From assembly GCA_024278615.1 (NCBI GenBank), contig JAJRSS010000006.1, positions 1 to 43,061 of the forward strand: DNA of 43,061 nt, read 5' to 3'. The translations under genes and the position numbers were made by a program. Source of the stretch: Alphaproteobacteria bacterium. Lineage in GTDB: Bacteria; Pseudomonadota; Alphaproteobacteria; Rhodospirillales; 2-02-FULL-58-16. Positions within the stretch are counted from its first letter, which is position 1. Every line of letters starts with the position of its first letter. The notes beneath the pieces were generated by a model. That model saw nothing but the letters and a program-made list of their open reading frames with translations, ran no database searches and was not told where the DNA came from. This document shows, piece by piece, positions 10,487-19,285 of this stretch.

Positions 10487-10539
10487 GGGCGCTGGCGCCC
10501 GTCTTTATTTGCAGGTCAAGGGCGCTGGCGCCCGTCTTT
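10482..10539. repeat. 25-bp perfect direct repeat x2 with an internal palindrome
   Basis: GTCAAGGGCGCTGGCGCCCGTCTTT at 10482-10506 and 10515-10539; core GGGCGC-TG-GCGCCC is an inverted repeat. Confidence 0.9.
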
Positions 10540-10580
10540 CCTGGTATGCCAACAAGTGCTGAATCCGTCCCAGGAGCGGC

Positions 10581-10608
10581 TTGCACAGGGCCGTAATCCG
10601 TGTATAGT
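10581..10608 (+). promoter_or_regulatory. Candidate sigma70 promoter of the rpsF operon
   Basis: TTGCAC-N16-TATAGT about 95 bp upstream of rpsF. Confidence 0.5.
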
Positions 10609-10703
10609 CCCGCGCTTCACTCTCTCTGCCGGGCCTAAAAACCCGGCTATGTCCGATACGGGGCGGTCCCGGCCGGATTGAGAAAAGCCAAAGGGAGAAG
10701 GCT

Positions 10704-11195
10704 ATGCCTTTTTACGAAAGCGTGTTTATCGCACGCCAAGACATCACGGGCGCCCAAGCGGATGCCTTGGCCGACGATTTTTCCAAGGCCATCGAAGACA
10801 ACGGTGGCAAGATCACCAAGCGGGAAAACTGGGGTATCCGGTCCCTCGCTTACCGGATCAAGAAAAACCGCAAAGGCCACTACATCCTTTTCAATATGGA
10901 CGCGCCCAGCGCCGCAGTTTCCGAAATGGAACGGCTGATGCGCATCAATGAAGACATCCTGCGATACCTGACGATTCGCTTGGATGAACTGGATGACAAT
11001 CCATCGATCATAATGCAACGGGGCGCCGGCAGGGATGATCGCCCCAAGCGTAGTTACGCCCCCAGGGACGAAGGCAAGGCGCCGGTTAAAGCTTCCAGTG
11101 AGAGCGCCCCAACCGAAAATGCCAAAGCAAAAAGCGAGCCAACCGAAAGCTCAAATGCGGAAAGCACCGAAAAATCAGAAGGAGACGACAAATGA
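10704..11195 (+). CDS. rpsF: 30S ribosomal protein bS6 with a long low-complexity C-terminal tail
   Basis: '[13 protein letters not shown]', '[20 protein letters not shown]'. Confidence 0.97.
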   Translation: MPFYESVFIARQDITGAQADALADDFSKAIEDNGGKITKRENWGIRSLAYRIKKNRKGHYILFNMDAPSAAVSEMERLMRINEDILRYLTIRLDELDDNPSIIMQRGAGRDDRPKRSYAPRDEGKAPVKASSESAPTENAKAKSEPTESSNAESTEKSEGDDK

Positions 11196-11479
11196 GCCCG
11201 GCGGAAGGACGGCGCGGAGGCGGCGGAGGCGGCGGAGGCGGAGGTGCGGGAGGAGGCCGGCGGCCATTTTTCAGGCGCCGCAAAACCTGCCCTTTTACGG
11301 GAACAAATGCGCCCAAGATCGACTTCAAGGATACACGACTCCTTCAGCGGTATATCTCTGAGCGTGGCAAGATCGTACCCAGCCGGATCACCGCCGTTTC
11401 CAACAAGAAACAGCGCGAACTGGCGAAGGCTATTAAAAGGGCCCGGTTCCTTGCCCTGCTGCCTTATGTGGTCGACTGA
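11192..11479 (+). CDS. rpsR: 30S ribosomal protein bS18 with a Gly-rich N-terminal extension
   Basis: '[13 protein letters not shown]', '[13 protein letters not shown]', '[13 protein letters not shown]'. Confidence 0.97.
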   Translation: MSPAEGRRGGGGGGGGGGAGGGRRPFFRRRKTCPFTGTNAPKIDFKDTRLLQRYISERGKIVPSRITAVSNKKQRELAKAIKRARFLALLPYVVD

Positions 11480-11529
11480 TTCAGCCTGCTGAACGTACGG
11501 ATTAACACTGATGTTCCCGGGAGAATTGG

Positions 11530-12480
11530 ATGTCCAGGGATACCGTGATCGCCATTTGCGGCGGCTGTCTGAGCGCGGCCGCCTCCCTGGTTATTCTTAC
11601 CGGATCCCTGGGTGGTCTCGTTTTCGCCTATCTGGCGCCGTTGCCCCTGTTGCTGGCCGGGCTTGCCCTGGGCCTGCGGGCGGCCTTGGTGGCGTGCGCG
11701 GCGGGAACCCTGGTTTCCGTCTTCATCGGGGGGCCGAATGCAGCGGGCGTATACCTTGTGATCAGCGTCATTCCCGTTTGCATCACCGTACGTCAGGCCT
11801 TGCTCAACCAAACCGGCTCCGGAGGGTAAATCCACTGGTATCCTCCCGGCTCCATTCTTTCCCTGCTGACGGTATTCAGCGGCGTCATGCTTGTGTTGGC
11901 GGCTATGTTTTTTGGCGGCGATGGGGGAATGGAGACGGTTGTCTCGCGGAGTCTAGGCAATACCGTTGCGGTCATGTGGCCCCAATTGCAGGAAGGGAAC
12001 CAGGCAGCGATCGTTTCCATGCTGACGCCTGTTATCCCCGGGGGCGTCGGTCTGGTGTGGACCTTGGTGACAGTATTGAACGGCGCTCTCGCACAGGGCC
12101 TGCTGGTGCGCATGGAGAGAAACCTTCGGCCACCGCCGTCTTATTCGAAATTGGTGTTGCCCGATTGGATATCCTGGTTTCTGGTCGGCGCCGCCGCGCT
12201 GGCCCTGGTGGGGTCTTTGGCGGGGTTTGGTCAACTGGAATATCTGGGCCGGAATCTGGTGATAATTTTCGCCATGCCGTTTTTTCTTTTGGGGCTTGCG
12301 GTAGCGCATGCCATGGTTCGTCGTTTGCCCATGGCGGGAATGCTTCTCGCAGTCTTGTATGTGGTGCTGGTGCTGTCCAGCGGCGTACTTTTCGTCGTTG
12401 CCGGCGTTGGCTTGATTGAACAATGGGTCGGAATACGCCGGCGCTTGACCGCGCCGGGTAAAGACCAGGAGGACCAGTGA
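11530..12480 (+). CDS. DUF2232/YybS-family membrane protein interrupted by an in-frame TAA at 11827-11829 (sequence error or pseudogene)
   Basis: ORFs 11530-11829 and 11887-12480 share a frame; readthrough gives '...GSGG*IHWYPPG...' and a 316-aa multi-TM protein at the usual rpsR-rplI position. Confidence 0.8.
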
Positions 12481-13157
12481 TGGAAGTTATCCTGATGGAG
12501 AGAATTGAGAAACTGGGTCAGATGGGCGATATCGTCACTGTCAAGACCGGGTATGCGCGCAATTTCCTGTTGCCGCAAAACAAGGCCATGAGGGCGACCG
12601 CCGAAAACCGCCGCTCCTTCGAGGAGAAGAAGGCGCAACTGGAGGCATCCAATCTGGTACGCCGCAACGATGCGGAAGCCGTCGGTAAGAAGCTGGACGG
12701 TGTCACCGTCATCCTGATCCGCCAGGCCGGTGATGCGGGCCAACTCTATGGATCGGTCAACGCCCGCGACATCGCGGAAAAAGTCACCGAAGCCGGATTT
12801 ACCGTAGACCGGCGCCAAATCCGGCTTGAACACCCAATCAAGTCCCTGGGACTTTTTACGGTAAGGGTGGACCTTCACCCTGAGATTTCGGTGCCTGTCG
12901 CGGTCAACATTGCCCGCTCGGAAGACGAAGCCCTGACCCAGGCCAAAACGGGCAAGGCTATTGTCGGCCAGGATGAAGTGGAAGAGACTCAGGCTGCGGA
13001 AACCGGCGATGCGGCGCCCGAAATCGCCGAACTGCTGGACGAGGGTGTTGAAGTCCCTCAAGACCTCGCCGAAATCCCAGAAAAGGACCCTGCGAAGGTA
13101 GCTGCCGGGGGAATACCGGCGGAGGAAGGTGCAACTGGAGGCGGTAAAGAAGGTTAA
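12480..13157 (+). CDS. rplI: 50S ribosomal protein bL9 with an acidic C-terminal tail
   Basis: '[17 protein letters not shown]', '[10 protein letters not shown]', 'LYGSV'; AGGAGG RBS. Confidence 0.97.
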   Translation: MEVILMERIEKLGQMGDIVTVKTGYARNFLLPQNKAMRATAENRRSFEEKKAQLEASNLVRRNDAEAVGKKLDGVTVILIRQAGDAGQLYGSVNARDIAEKVTEAGFTVDRRQIRLEHPIKSLGLFTVRVDLHPEISVPVAVNIARSEDEALTQAKTGKAIVGQDEVEETQAAETGDAAPEIAELLDEGVEVPQDLAEIPEKDPAKVAAGGIPAEEGATGGGKEG

Positions 13158-13198
13158 CCGAGCGGCTCCTTCTTAAAACCCTGTAAAAAGTCTCAATT

Positions 13199-13232
13199 GC
13201 GGTGCGCCGGTATCGACAGCGCACCGTTTTGT
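13199..13232 (+). terminator. Intrinsic terminator of the rpsF-rplI operon
   Basis: GCGGTGCGC-N11-GCGCACCGT followed by TTTGT. Confidence 0.6.
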
Positions 13233-13384
13233 CGTGGATTCACCGGTCCTTTCCCCGCCATCTTTTTTTAACCGCTCTTTTTTGGTATACTAACCTTGGG
13301 TTTAATGAAGCGAGTGGATACATAACAAAAAACCTGGCCAAAACCAGCAGCAGACCACCTCTACTCTGAAGGCAGGGGGATGAT

Positions 13385-14623
13385 ATGTTGTTAACGGCAA
13401 CCATGACCCATCTCATAAAGATGGGTCGGCTGACCGTTATTGATTCGGTCGGCAAAACCGAAGTTTTTGAAGGTGCGGCAGGCCCGACGGTTACTGTTCG
13501 GCTTCATGAATCGAATTTGCGCTGGAAACTGGCGCTTAACCCGCAACTTTATTTGGGCGAAGCCTACATGGACGGCCTCCTGACAGTGGAGGACGCCAGC
13601 CTCTATGACCTGCTTGACCTTTTGTGCCTTAACCTAGCGGCAAACGATTGGCATCCCCTCGTCAAACTTCTGACCCGCATGGACCAGGCGTTCAGGCGTC
13701 TTTACCAATTCAATCCGGTAAAGCAGGCGGCGGCTAATGCGGCCCTTCACTATGACTTGTCCAGCGACCTGTACGGCCTGTTCCTGGATTCCGACCGGCA
13801 GTATTCCTGCGCCTATTTCGAGCGGGGAGATGAAGACCTGGAAACGGCCCAATTGGCCAAGAAAAGGCATATCGCCGCCAAATTGCTACTGCAGCCGGGG
13901 ATGAAGGTTCTGGATATTGGCTCCGGCTGGGGGGGGATGGCTCTGTACCTGGCGCGGAAATGGGGCGCCGAGGTAACCGGAATTACCCTGTCCCGGGAGC
14001 AACTGGAATTCAGCCAAAGTAGAGCCCGGAAAGAAGGCCTGGACGGCAGAGTCAGCTTTCATCTCAGGGACTACCGGGAACAGACGGGAAGTTTTGACCG
14101 AATTGTTTCCGTCGGCATGTTCGAGCATGTGGGTGTCGATCACTATGGGCAGTATTTCGGCAAGTTAACGGAACTGCTGAAGGACGACGGCGTCGCCCTG
14201 TTGCACACCATAGGCAGGGCCGACGGCCCCAGCGTGACCGACCCGTGGATTCGAAAGTACATCTTCCCCGGCGGTTACTGTCCCGCCCTGTCGGAAATCC
14301 TCCCGCACACCGAAAAAGCCAGACTGGCAACCACCGACGTCGAGGTCCTGCGCCTCCATTACGCCCAGACCCTGCGCCACTGGCGCCGCCGGTTCATGGC
14401 CAACCGCAAAAAGGCAGCCGGCCTTTACGACGAGCGTTTTTGCCGCATGTGGGAGTATTACATGGCGGCGTCGGAAATTTCCTTCCGCCGCCTTGATAGT
14501 GTAGTCTTCCAGATCCAAATGGCCAAACAGGTGGACGTGGTGCCGCAAACCCGGAGCTACATCGAAAAGGCCGAGCAGCAAAAGGTCCGGGATTCGGAAC
14601 AGGCGGAGAATCGGGCAGCCTGA
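13385..14623 (+). CDS. cfa: Cyclopropane-fatty-acyl-phospholipid synthase family methyltransferase
   Basis: 'GEAYMDG', 'HYDLS', 'QYSCAYF', 'VLDIGSGWGG', 'VSVGMFEHVG', 'YIFPGG'. Confidence 0.9.
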   Translation: MLLTATMTHLIKMGRLTVIDSVGKTEVFEGAAGPTVTVRLHESNLRWKLALNPQLYLGEAYMDGLLTVEDASLYDLLDLLCLNLAANDWHPLVKLLTRMDQAFRRLYQFNPVKQAAANAALHYDLSSDLYGLFLDSDRQYSCAYFERGDEDLETAQLAKKRHIAAKLLLQPGMKVLDIGSGWGGMALYLARKWGAEVTGITLSREQLEFSQSRARKEGLDGRVSFHLRDYREQTGSFDRIVSVGMFEHVGVDHYGQYFGKLTELLKDDGVALLHTIGRADGPSVTDPWIRKYIFPGGYCPALSEILPHTEKARLATTDVEVLRLHYAQTLRHWRRRFMANRKKAAGLYDERFCRMWEYYMAASEISFRRLDSVVFQIQMAKQVDVVPQTRSYIEKAEQQKVRDSEQAENRAA

Positions 14624-14635
14624 GGCGGGCTCGAC

Positions 14636-14704
14636 TTATCCTCATATCCACAGTCCTGAAGGGACCGGTGTTTTTGTCCCGAGGTTACACAGGCCTGTGA
14701 ATTG
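14636..14704. promoter_or_regulatory. Cluster of DnaA-box-like 9-mers upstream of dnaB
   Basis: TTATCCTCA (14636-44) and ATATCCACA (14644-52) each match TTATCCACA at 8/9; weaker inverted pair around CACAGGCCTGTG (14683-14704). Confidence 0.5.
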
Positions 14705-14745
14705 AATGGCGCTTACACCGGACCTACAACACGGTAGGTTTCCGC

Positions 14746-16257
14746 ATGGCACCGACACTGACAACCACACCCACCGCGGAAGCCCAGGCGGCGACCGCTG
14801 AAATTCACGCCCCCGCCTTTCGTACCCCACCTCACAACGTGGAGGCGGAGAAGGCGCTTTTGGGGGCCATCTTCGTCAACAACCGGGCCTATGAACGGGT
14901 ATCCGAATTCCTGCGCCCGGAACATTTCGTCCTTGGACAGCATGCCAGTGTTTTCGAGGCCTGCGCCAAACTGATCGAGCGCGGACAGATCGCCGACCCG
15001 GTAACCCTGAAGGGTTTCTTCGAACAGAACGAAAGCCTTTCGGATATTGGCGGCCCGGCCTATCTGGCCGAACTGGCGTCCAGCGCTGTCGGTACCATCA
15101 ACGCCGGCGAATACGGCCGCATCATTTACGATTTGCACCTGAAGCGGCAGCTCATCGCCCTGGGCGAGGACGTGGTCAACCAGGCCTACGGGGGCGAAGT
15201 GGATTCTACCGCCACCGACCAGATCGAATACGCCGAGCAATGCCTGTACGACCTGGCCACGGAAGGGGATTACGAGGGTGGCTTCCAGCCCTTCAAGGCC
15301 TCCGTGCTCAACGCAATCAACATGGCCGAGGCGGCCCATCGGCGGGAAGGCGCCCTGGCCGGGGTGACCACCGGCCTGACCGACCTGGACCGAATGTTGG
15401 GCGGTCTGCATCCTTCGGACCTGATTATCCTGGCTGGACGCCCGGGCATGGGAAAAACGGCCCTGGCCACCAATATCGCTTTCAACGCCGCCTATTCCCA
15501 CAACTCGACCAATGGCAAGTAAGGCGCGGTAGTCGGTTTTTTCTCCCTGGAAATGTCATCGGAGCAGTTGGCCAGCCGCATTATTTCGGAGCAGTCCAAT
15601 ATTTCTTCCGACCGTATGCGCAAGGGTGAATTGTCCAATGATCAATTTAATACGCTGGTCATCACCAGCCAGAACCTGCATCAGATACCGTTCTTCATCG
15701 ACGACACGCCCGCGCTGACCGTCAGCGCCCTTCGCACCCGCGCCCGGCGGCTGAAGCGGCAGCACGGCCTTGGCCTGATTATCGTTGACTACCTGCAGCT
15801 GATTTCCGGCGCGTCGAGTTCCCGCAATGATGGGCGGGTACAGGAGGTGTCCGCAATTACACGGGGCCTGAAGACCCTTGCCAAGGAGCTTGACCTGCCG
15901 GTGCTGGCCCTGTCACAGCTTTCCCGGGCCGTGGAGCAGCGGGAAAACAAGCGGCCCCAATTGTCGGACTTGCGGGAATCCGGGTCCATCGAACAGGATG
16001 CGGACGTGGTCGCGTTCATCTTTCGCGAGGAATATTACCTGGAACGGGACCGCCCGGCCCAAAGGGCGGACGAGAAGGATGATCACTTCCAAGAAACGAT
16101 GAATCGGTGGGAACGCCGCCTGGATGACAAGAAGAACATGGCGGAAATTCTCATCGCCAAGCAGCGCCACGGCCCGATTGGCGACGTGGCCCTGGCGTTC
16201 CAGGGCGCCTACACCCGCTTTGGCAACCTGGACCAAACCCACACCCCGCGGGAGTGA
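14746..16257 (+). CDS. dnaB: Replicative DNA helicase with an in-frame TAA at 15520-15522 (probable sequence error)
   Basis: 'PPHNVEAEKALLG', Walker A 'GRPGMGKT', then 'NGK*GAVVGFFSLEM', 'IIVDYLQL', 'LSQLSR', 'LRESGSIEQDAD', 'KQRHGP'. Both ORFs share a frame; 503 aa with readthrough. Confidence 0.95.
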
Positions 16258-16266
16258 CCGGCGGCC

Positions 16267-17391
16267 ATGACCAACGCGGATCATGCCGGCGGCATCCTGA
16301 CTATCGACCTAGACGCCATCGCCGGCAACTACCGGCTGCTGAACGGCAAATGCGCGGCAAGTGGCGCAAAATGCGCCGCCGTGATCAAAGCCGACGCCTA
16401 TGGCCTTGGCGCCGCCGTGGTCGGGCCGGCCCTTGAATCAGCGGGGTGCCGGGTTTTTTTTGTCGCCCTTACCGGTGAAGGTGTTTCCCTGCGTGGCGTG
16501 CTGCCGAAAGCTGAAATCCATGTCCTTGCCGGACCGCTTGCCGGCAACGAGGACACCTTTGAAGAATACGGATTGGTGCCAACGCTCAATTCCCTTGGCG
16601 ACGTGGATACCTGGGCGGCGTTCTGCCGCCGCCAGGACCACCGGCTGCCCGCCAACCTTCAAATCGACACGGGCATGTCCCGTCTGGGTCTGCCTCCCGG
16701 CGAACTGGATGTCCTGGCCGATGATCCGTCCCGGCTGGATGGCCTGGCGGTTGCCAATATGATAAGCCACCTGGCGTGCGCCGACGAACCGGGCCATTCC
16801 CTAAACCGGCGGCAACTGGAATCGTTTACCAGGGCCCGCACCCGAATCGCCGCCGGGGCAAAGGCATCCCTTGCCAATTCGTCGGGTATCTTTCTCGGAC
16901 CCGAATATCATTTCGATCTGGCCCGCCCGGGGGCCGCCCTGTACGGTGTCGGACCGGTGCCGGGCATCCCCAATCCCATGGCGCAAGTGGTTCACCTGCA
17001 AGGTAGAATCCTGCAAGTGCGTGACGTTGACTCGCCCCAGACCGTTGGCTATGGTGCGATTCATCGCTTCGCCCAGCCGACGCGAATCGCGACCGTGGCG
17101 GTGGGATACGCCGATGGTTATCTGCGGTCGTTTAGCGATTCCGGATGTGTTTACGTGGGTGATATTCGGGCGCCGGTTGTGGGGCGGGTTTCAATGGACT
17201 TGATTACTGTTGACGTCTCCGGTGCTCCCGAAAGCGGAACCCGGCCCGGCACCTTGGTTGATGTGATCGGCCCTCACAACCCCATCGACACCATAGCGAA
17301 AGAAGGCGGCACCATCGGTTATGAAATCCTGACCAGCCTCGGCCACCGGTATCACCGGGTATATTCCAGCAGCCAGGCAGGTCGCGCCTGA
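16267..17391 (+). CDS. alr: Alanine racemase
   Basis: PLP lysine motif 'VIKADAYGLG', 'DTGMSRLG', 'GYADG', 'GRVSMD'. Confidence 0.95.
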   Translation: MTNADHAGGILTIDLDAIAGNYRLLNGKCAASGAKCAAVIKADAYGLGAAVVGPALESAGCRVFFVALTGEGVSLRGVLPKAEIHVLAGPLAGNEDTFEEYGLVPTLNSLGDVDTWAAFCRRQDHRLPANLQIDTGMSRLGLPPGELDVLADDPSRLDGLAVANMISHLACADEPGHSLNRRQLESFTRARTRIAAGAKASLANSSGIFLGPEYHFDLARPGAALYGVGPVPGIPNPMAQVVHLQGRILQVRDVDSPQTVGYGAIHRFAQPTRIATVAVGYADGYLRSFSDSGCVYVGDIRAPVVGRVSMDLITVDVSGAPESGTRPGTLVDVIGPHNPIDTIAKEGGTIGYEILTSLGHRYHRVYSSSQAGRA

Positions 17392-18164
17392 TGAGGTTTC
17401 TTCGCCTCATCGGCCGCGTGTTCCTGGCCTTTTTGGGCACCGCCGGACGGCTGATCCTGTTCACGGCCGATGCCGTCTCCCAATGCGTCAGGCCGCCCTT
17501 CTACCCGCGCATGATCCTGCGCCATATGCTGGATATCGGATATTTCTCCCTGCCGGTGGTGGGGCTGACCGCCATCTTCGCCGGCATGGTCCTGGCCCTG
17601 CAAAGTTATACCGGGTTCGCCCGTTTTTCCGCCGAAGGCGTTATCGCCAATGTAGTGGTCATCTCCATTACCCGTGAACTGGGGCCGGTGCTGGCCGGGT
17701 TGATGGTGGCGGGCCGAATCGGCGCCTCCCTGGCGGCGGAAATCGGCACCATGCGGGTGACCGAACAGATCGACGCCCTAACCACCCTTTCCACCAATCC
17801 CATGAAATACCTGGTCACCCCCCGCCTGATCGCCGGGGTGACGATGTTTCCCTTTCTGGTATTCATCGCCGATATCATCGGCGTCTTCGGAGGCTATGTG
17901 GTGGCCGTTTACAAGCTGGGCTTCAATCCCGCCAACTACATCCAGAGCACCTATGACTTCCTGCAAGCCGAAGATGTCAATTCGGGCCTGGTCAAAGCGG
18001 CGGTGTTCGGCTTCATCGTCACCCTGATGGGGTGCTATCATGGCTACAATTCCAAGGGCGGCGCCCAGGGGGTCGGCACCGCGACCACGAACGCGGTGGT
18101 TTCCGCCTCCATTCTGATCCTCTGCTTCTACTACATTCTGACGGAAATGTTCTTCGCCAAATGA
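17391..18164 (+). CDS. mlaE: MlaE-family ABC permease
   Basis: 'RELGPVLAGLMVAGRIG', 'AEIGTMRVTEQIDAL', 'GGAQGVG'. Confidence 0.93.
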   Translation: MRFLRLIGRVFLAFLGTAGRLILFTADAVSQCVRPPFYPRMILRHMLDIGYFSLPVVGLTAIFAGMVLALQSYTGFARFSAEGVIANVVVISITRELGPVLAGLMVAGRIGASLAAEIGTMRVTEQIDALTTLSTNPMKYLVTPRLIAGVTMFPFLVFIADIIGVFGGYVVAVYKLGFNPANYIQSTYDFLQAEDVNSGLVKAAVFGFIVTLMGCYHGYNSKGGAQGVGTATTNAVVSASILILCFYYILTEMFFAK

Positions 18165-18952
18165 CCGAACCGAAACCCGATAATAGCCGGCTTAAGATCC
18201 GCTTGCGCGGAGTGCATAAGCGGTTCGGGTCCAAGATCGTGCTGGACGGCCTGGACCTGGACGTAGGCGTGAGCGAATCCGTGGTTGTCATCGGCGGCTC
18301 GGGTACCGGTAAATCGGTAATGTTGAAGTGCATCCTGGGCTTGCTGCAACCCGACAAGGGCAGTATCCAGGTGGATGGCGAGGAAGTGGTCGGCATGTCC
18401 GCCGCCGCCCGGGAAGAGATCAACCGCAAGTTCGGCATGCTGTTCCAGGGCGGCGCCCTGTTCGACAGCCTGCCGGTGTGGGAAAACGTCGCCTTCGGGC
18501 TGCTGGCGGAAAAAAAGGTGACCCGCCTGGAAGCCAGGGAGATTGCCATCAGCAAGCTGGCCCAGGTGGGCCTGGGCGGCGAAGTGGGCGACCTGTCGCC
18601 GGCGGAACTTTCCGGCGGTATGCAGAAGCGGGTCGGCCTGGCCCGGGCCATCGCCTCGGACCCGGAGATTATTTTCTTCGACGAGCCGACCACCGGGCTG
18701 GACCCGATCATGGCCGACGTCATCAACGACCTGATCGTCAAGACCACCCGCCAGATGGGCGCCACCGCCCTTTCGATCACTCACGACATGGCCAGCGCCC
18801 GCAAGATCGCCAACCGTATCGCCATGCTGTACGAAGGCAAGATCATCTGGGCCGGGCCGACGGAAAACATCGATTCTTCCGGCAACCTGTACGTGGAGCA
18901 ATTCATCAACGGCCGCGCCGAAGGCCCCATAAAAATGGCGGTGCGGGCATGA
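18161..18952 (+). CDS. mlaF: MlaF-family ABC ATPase
   Basis: 'GGSGTGKS', 'FQGGALFDSL', 'LSGGMQKRV', 'DEPTTGLDP'; ATGA overlap with mlaE. Confidence 0.92.
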   Translation: MTEPKPDNSRLKIRLRGVHKRFGSKIVLDGLDLDVGVSESVVVIGGSGTGKSVMLKCILGLLQPDKGSIQVDGEEVVGMSAAAREEINRKFGMLFQGGALFDSLPVWENVAFGLLAEKKVTRLEAREIAISKLAQVGLGGEVGDLSPAELSGGMQKRVGLARAIASDPEIIFFDEPTTGLDPIMADVINDLIVKTTRQMGATALSITHDMASARKIANRIAMLYEGKIIWAGPTENIDSSGNLYVEQFINGRAEGPIKMAVRA

Positions 18953-18997
18953 GAGACTTTTTGCCCCGTCAACATGGTTTTTCGGGAGGGAATCCTG

Positions 18998-19247
18998 GTG
19001 TCCAAAAATGAAGTTTATCAGGTGAAAATCGCGATCGTGGACAGCGATCCTCCTATTTGGCGGTGGTTGTTGGTTCAATGGAGCATCAATCTTCATGAAC
19101 TTCCTTGAAGCGATTGAAGATCCGGACCATCCGGAACACGATTTCTTGCTGGAGTGGATTGGAGGAAGCTTCGATCCACGGCAGTTCGACCCGAAAATAG
19201 TAAACAACGCATTTGCGCGCGCATTTGGCACCGGTCCCGGCCAATGA
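18998..19247 (+). pseudogene. Plasmid pRiA4b ORF-3-like protein, internally deleted and frameshifted remnant
   Basis: GGGAGG RBS plus GTG. Frame 1 reads 'YQVKIAIVDSDPPIWRWLLV..INLHEL' (stop 19106-08); frame 2 from 19095 reads 'MNFLEAIEDPDHPEHDFLLEWIGGSFDPRQFD'. These resemble the family's N- and C-terminal motifs with the middle absent. Confidence 0.75.
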
Positions 19248-19285
19248 CCGGTAAAGGAAGATAGCCGTCCTGAAGGGACACAGAC

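Noticed and set aside
10482-10539. CRISPR mini-array
   Set aside because: Only two repeats with an 8-bp spacer and no cas genes.
13268-13305. CtrA box upstream of cfa
   Set aside because: TTAA half-sites are present but not at TTAA-N7-TTAA spacing.
11827-15522. Genome-wide reassignment of TAA to an amino acid
   Set aside because: TAA ends many genes at their expected C-termini in this window (e.g. fabF, purF, both SDRs, the corrinoid protein); two isolated cases fit point errors better.
17391-18952. mlaEF without adjacent mlaD as an orphan system
   Set aside because: alr-mlaE-mlaF-radA-cvpA-purF is a common alphaproteobacterial arrangement, with mlaD located elsewhere.
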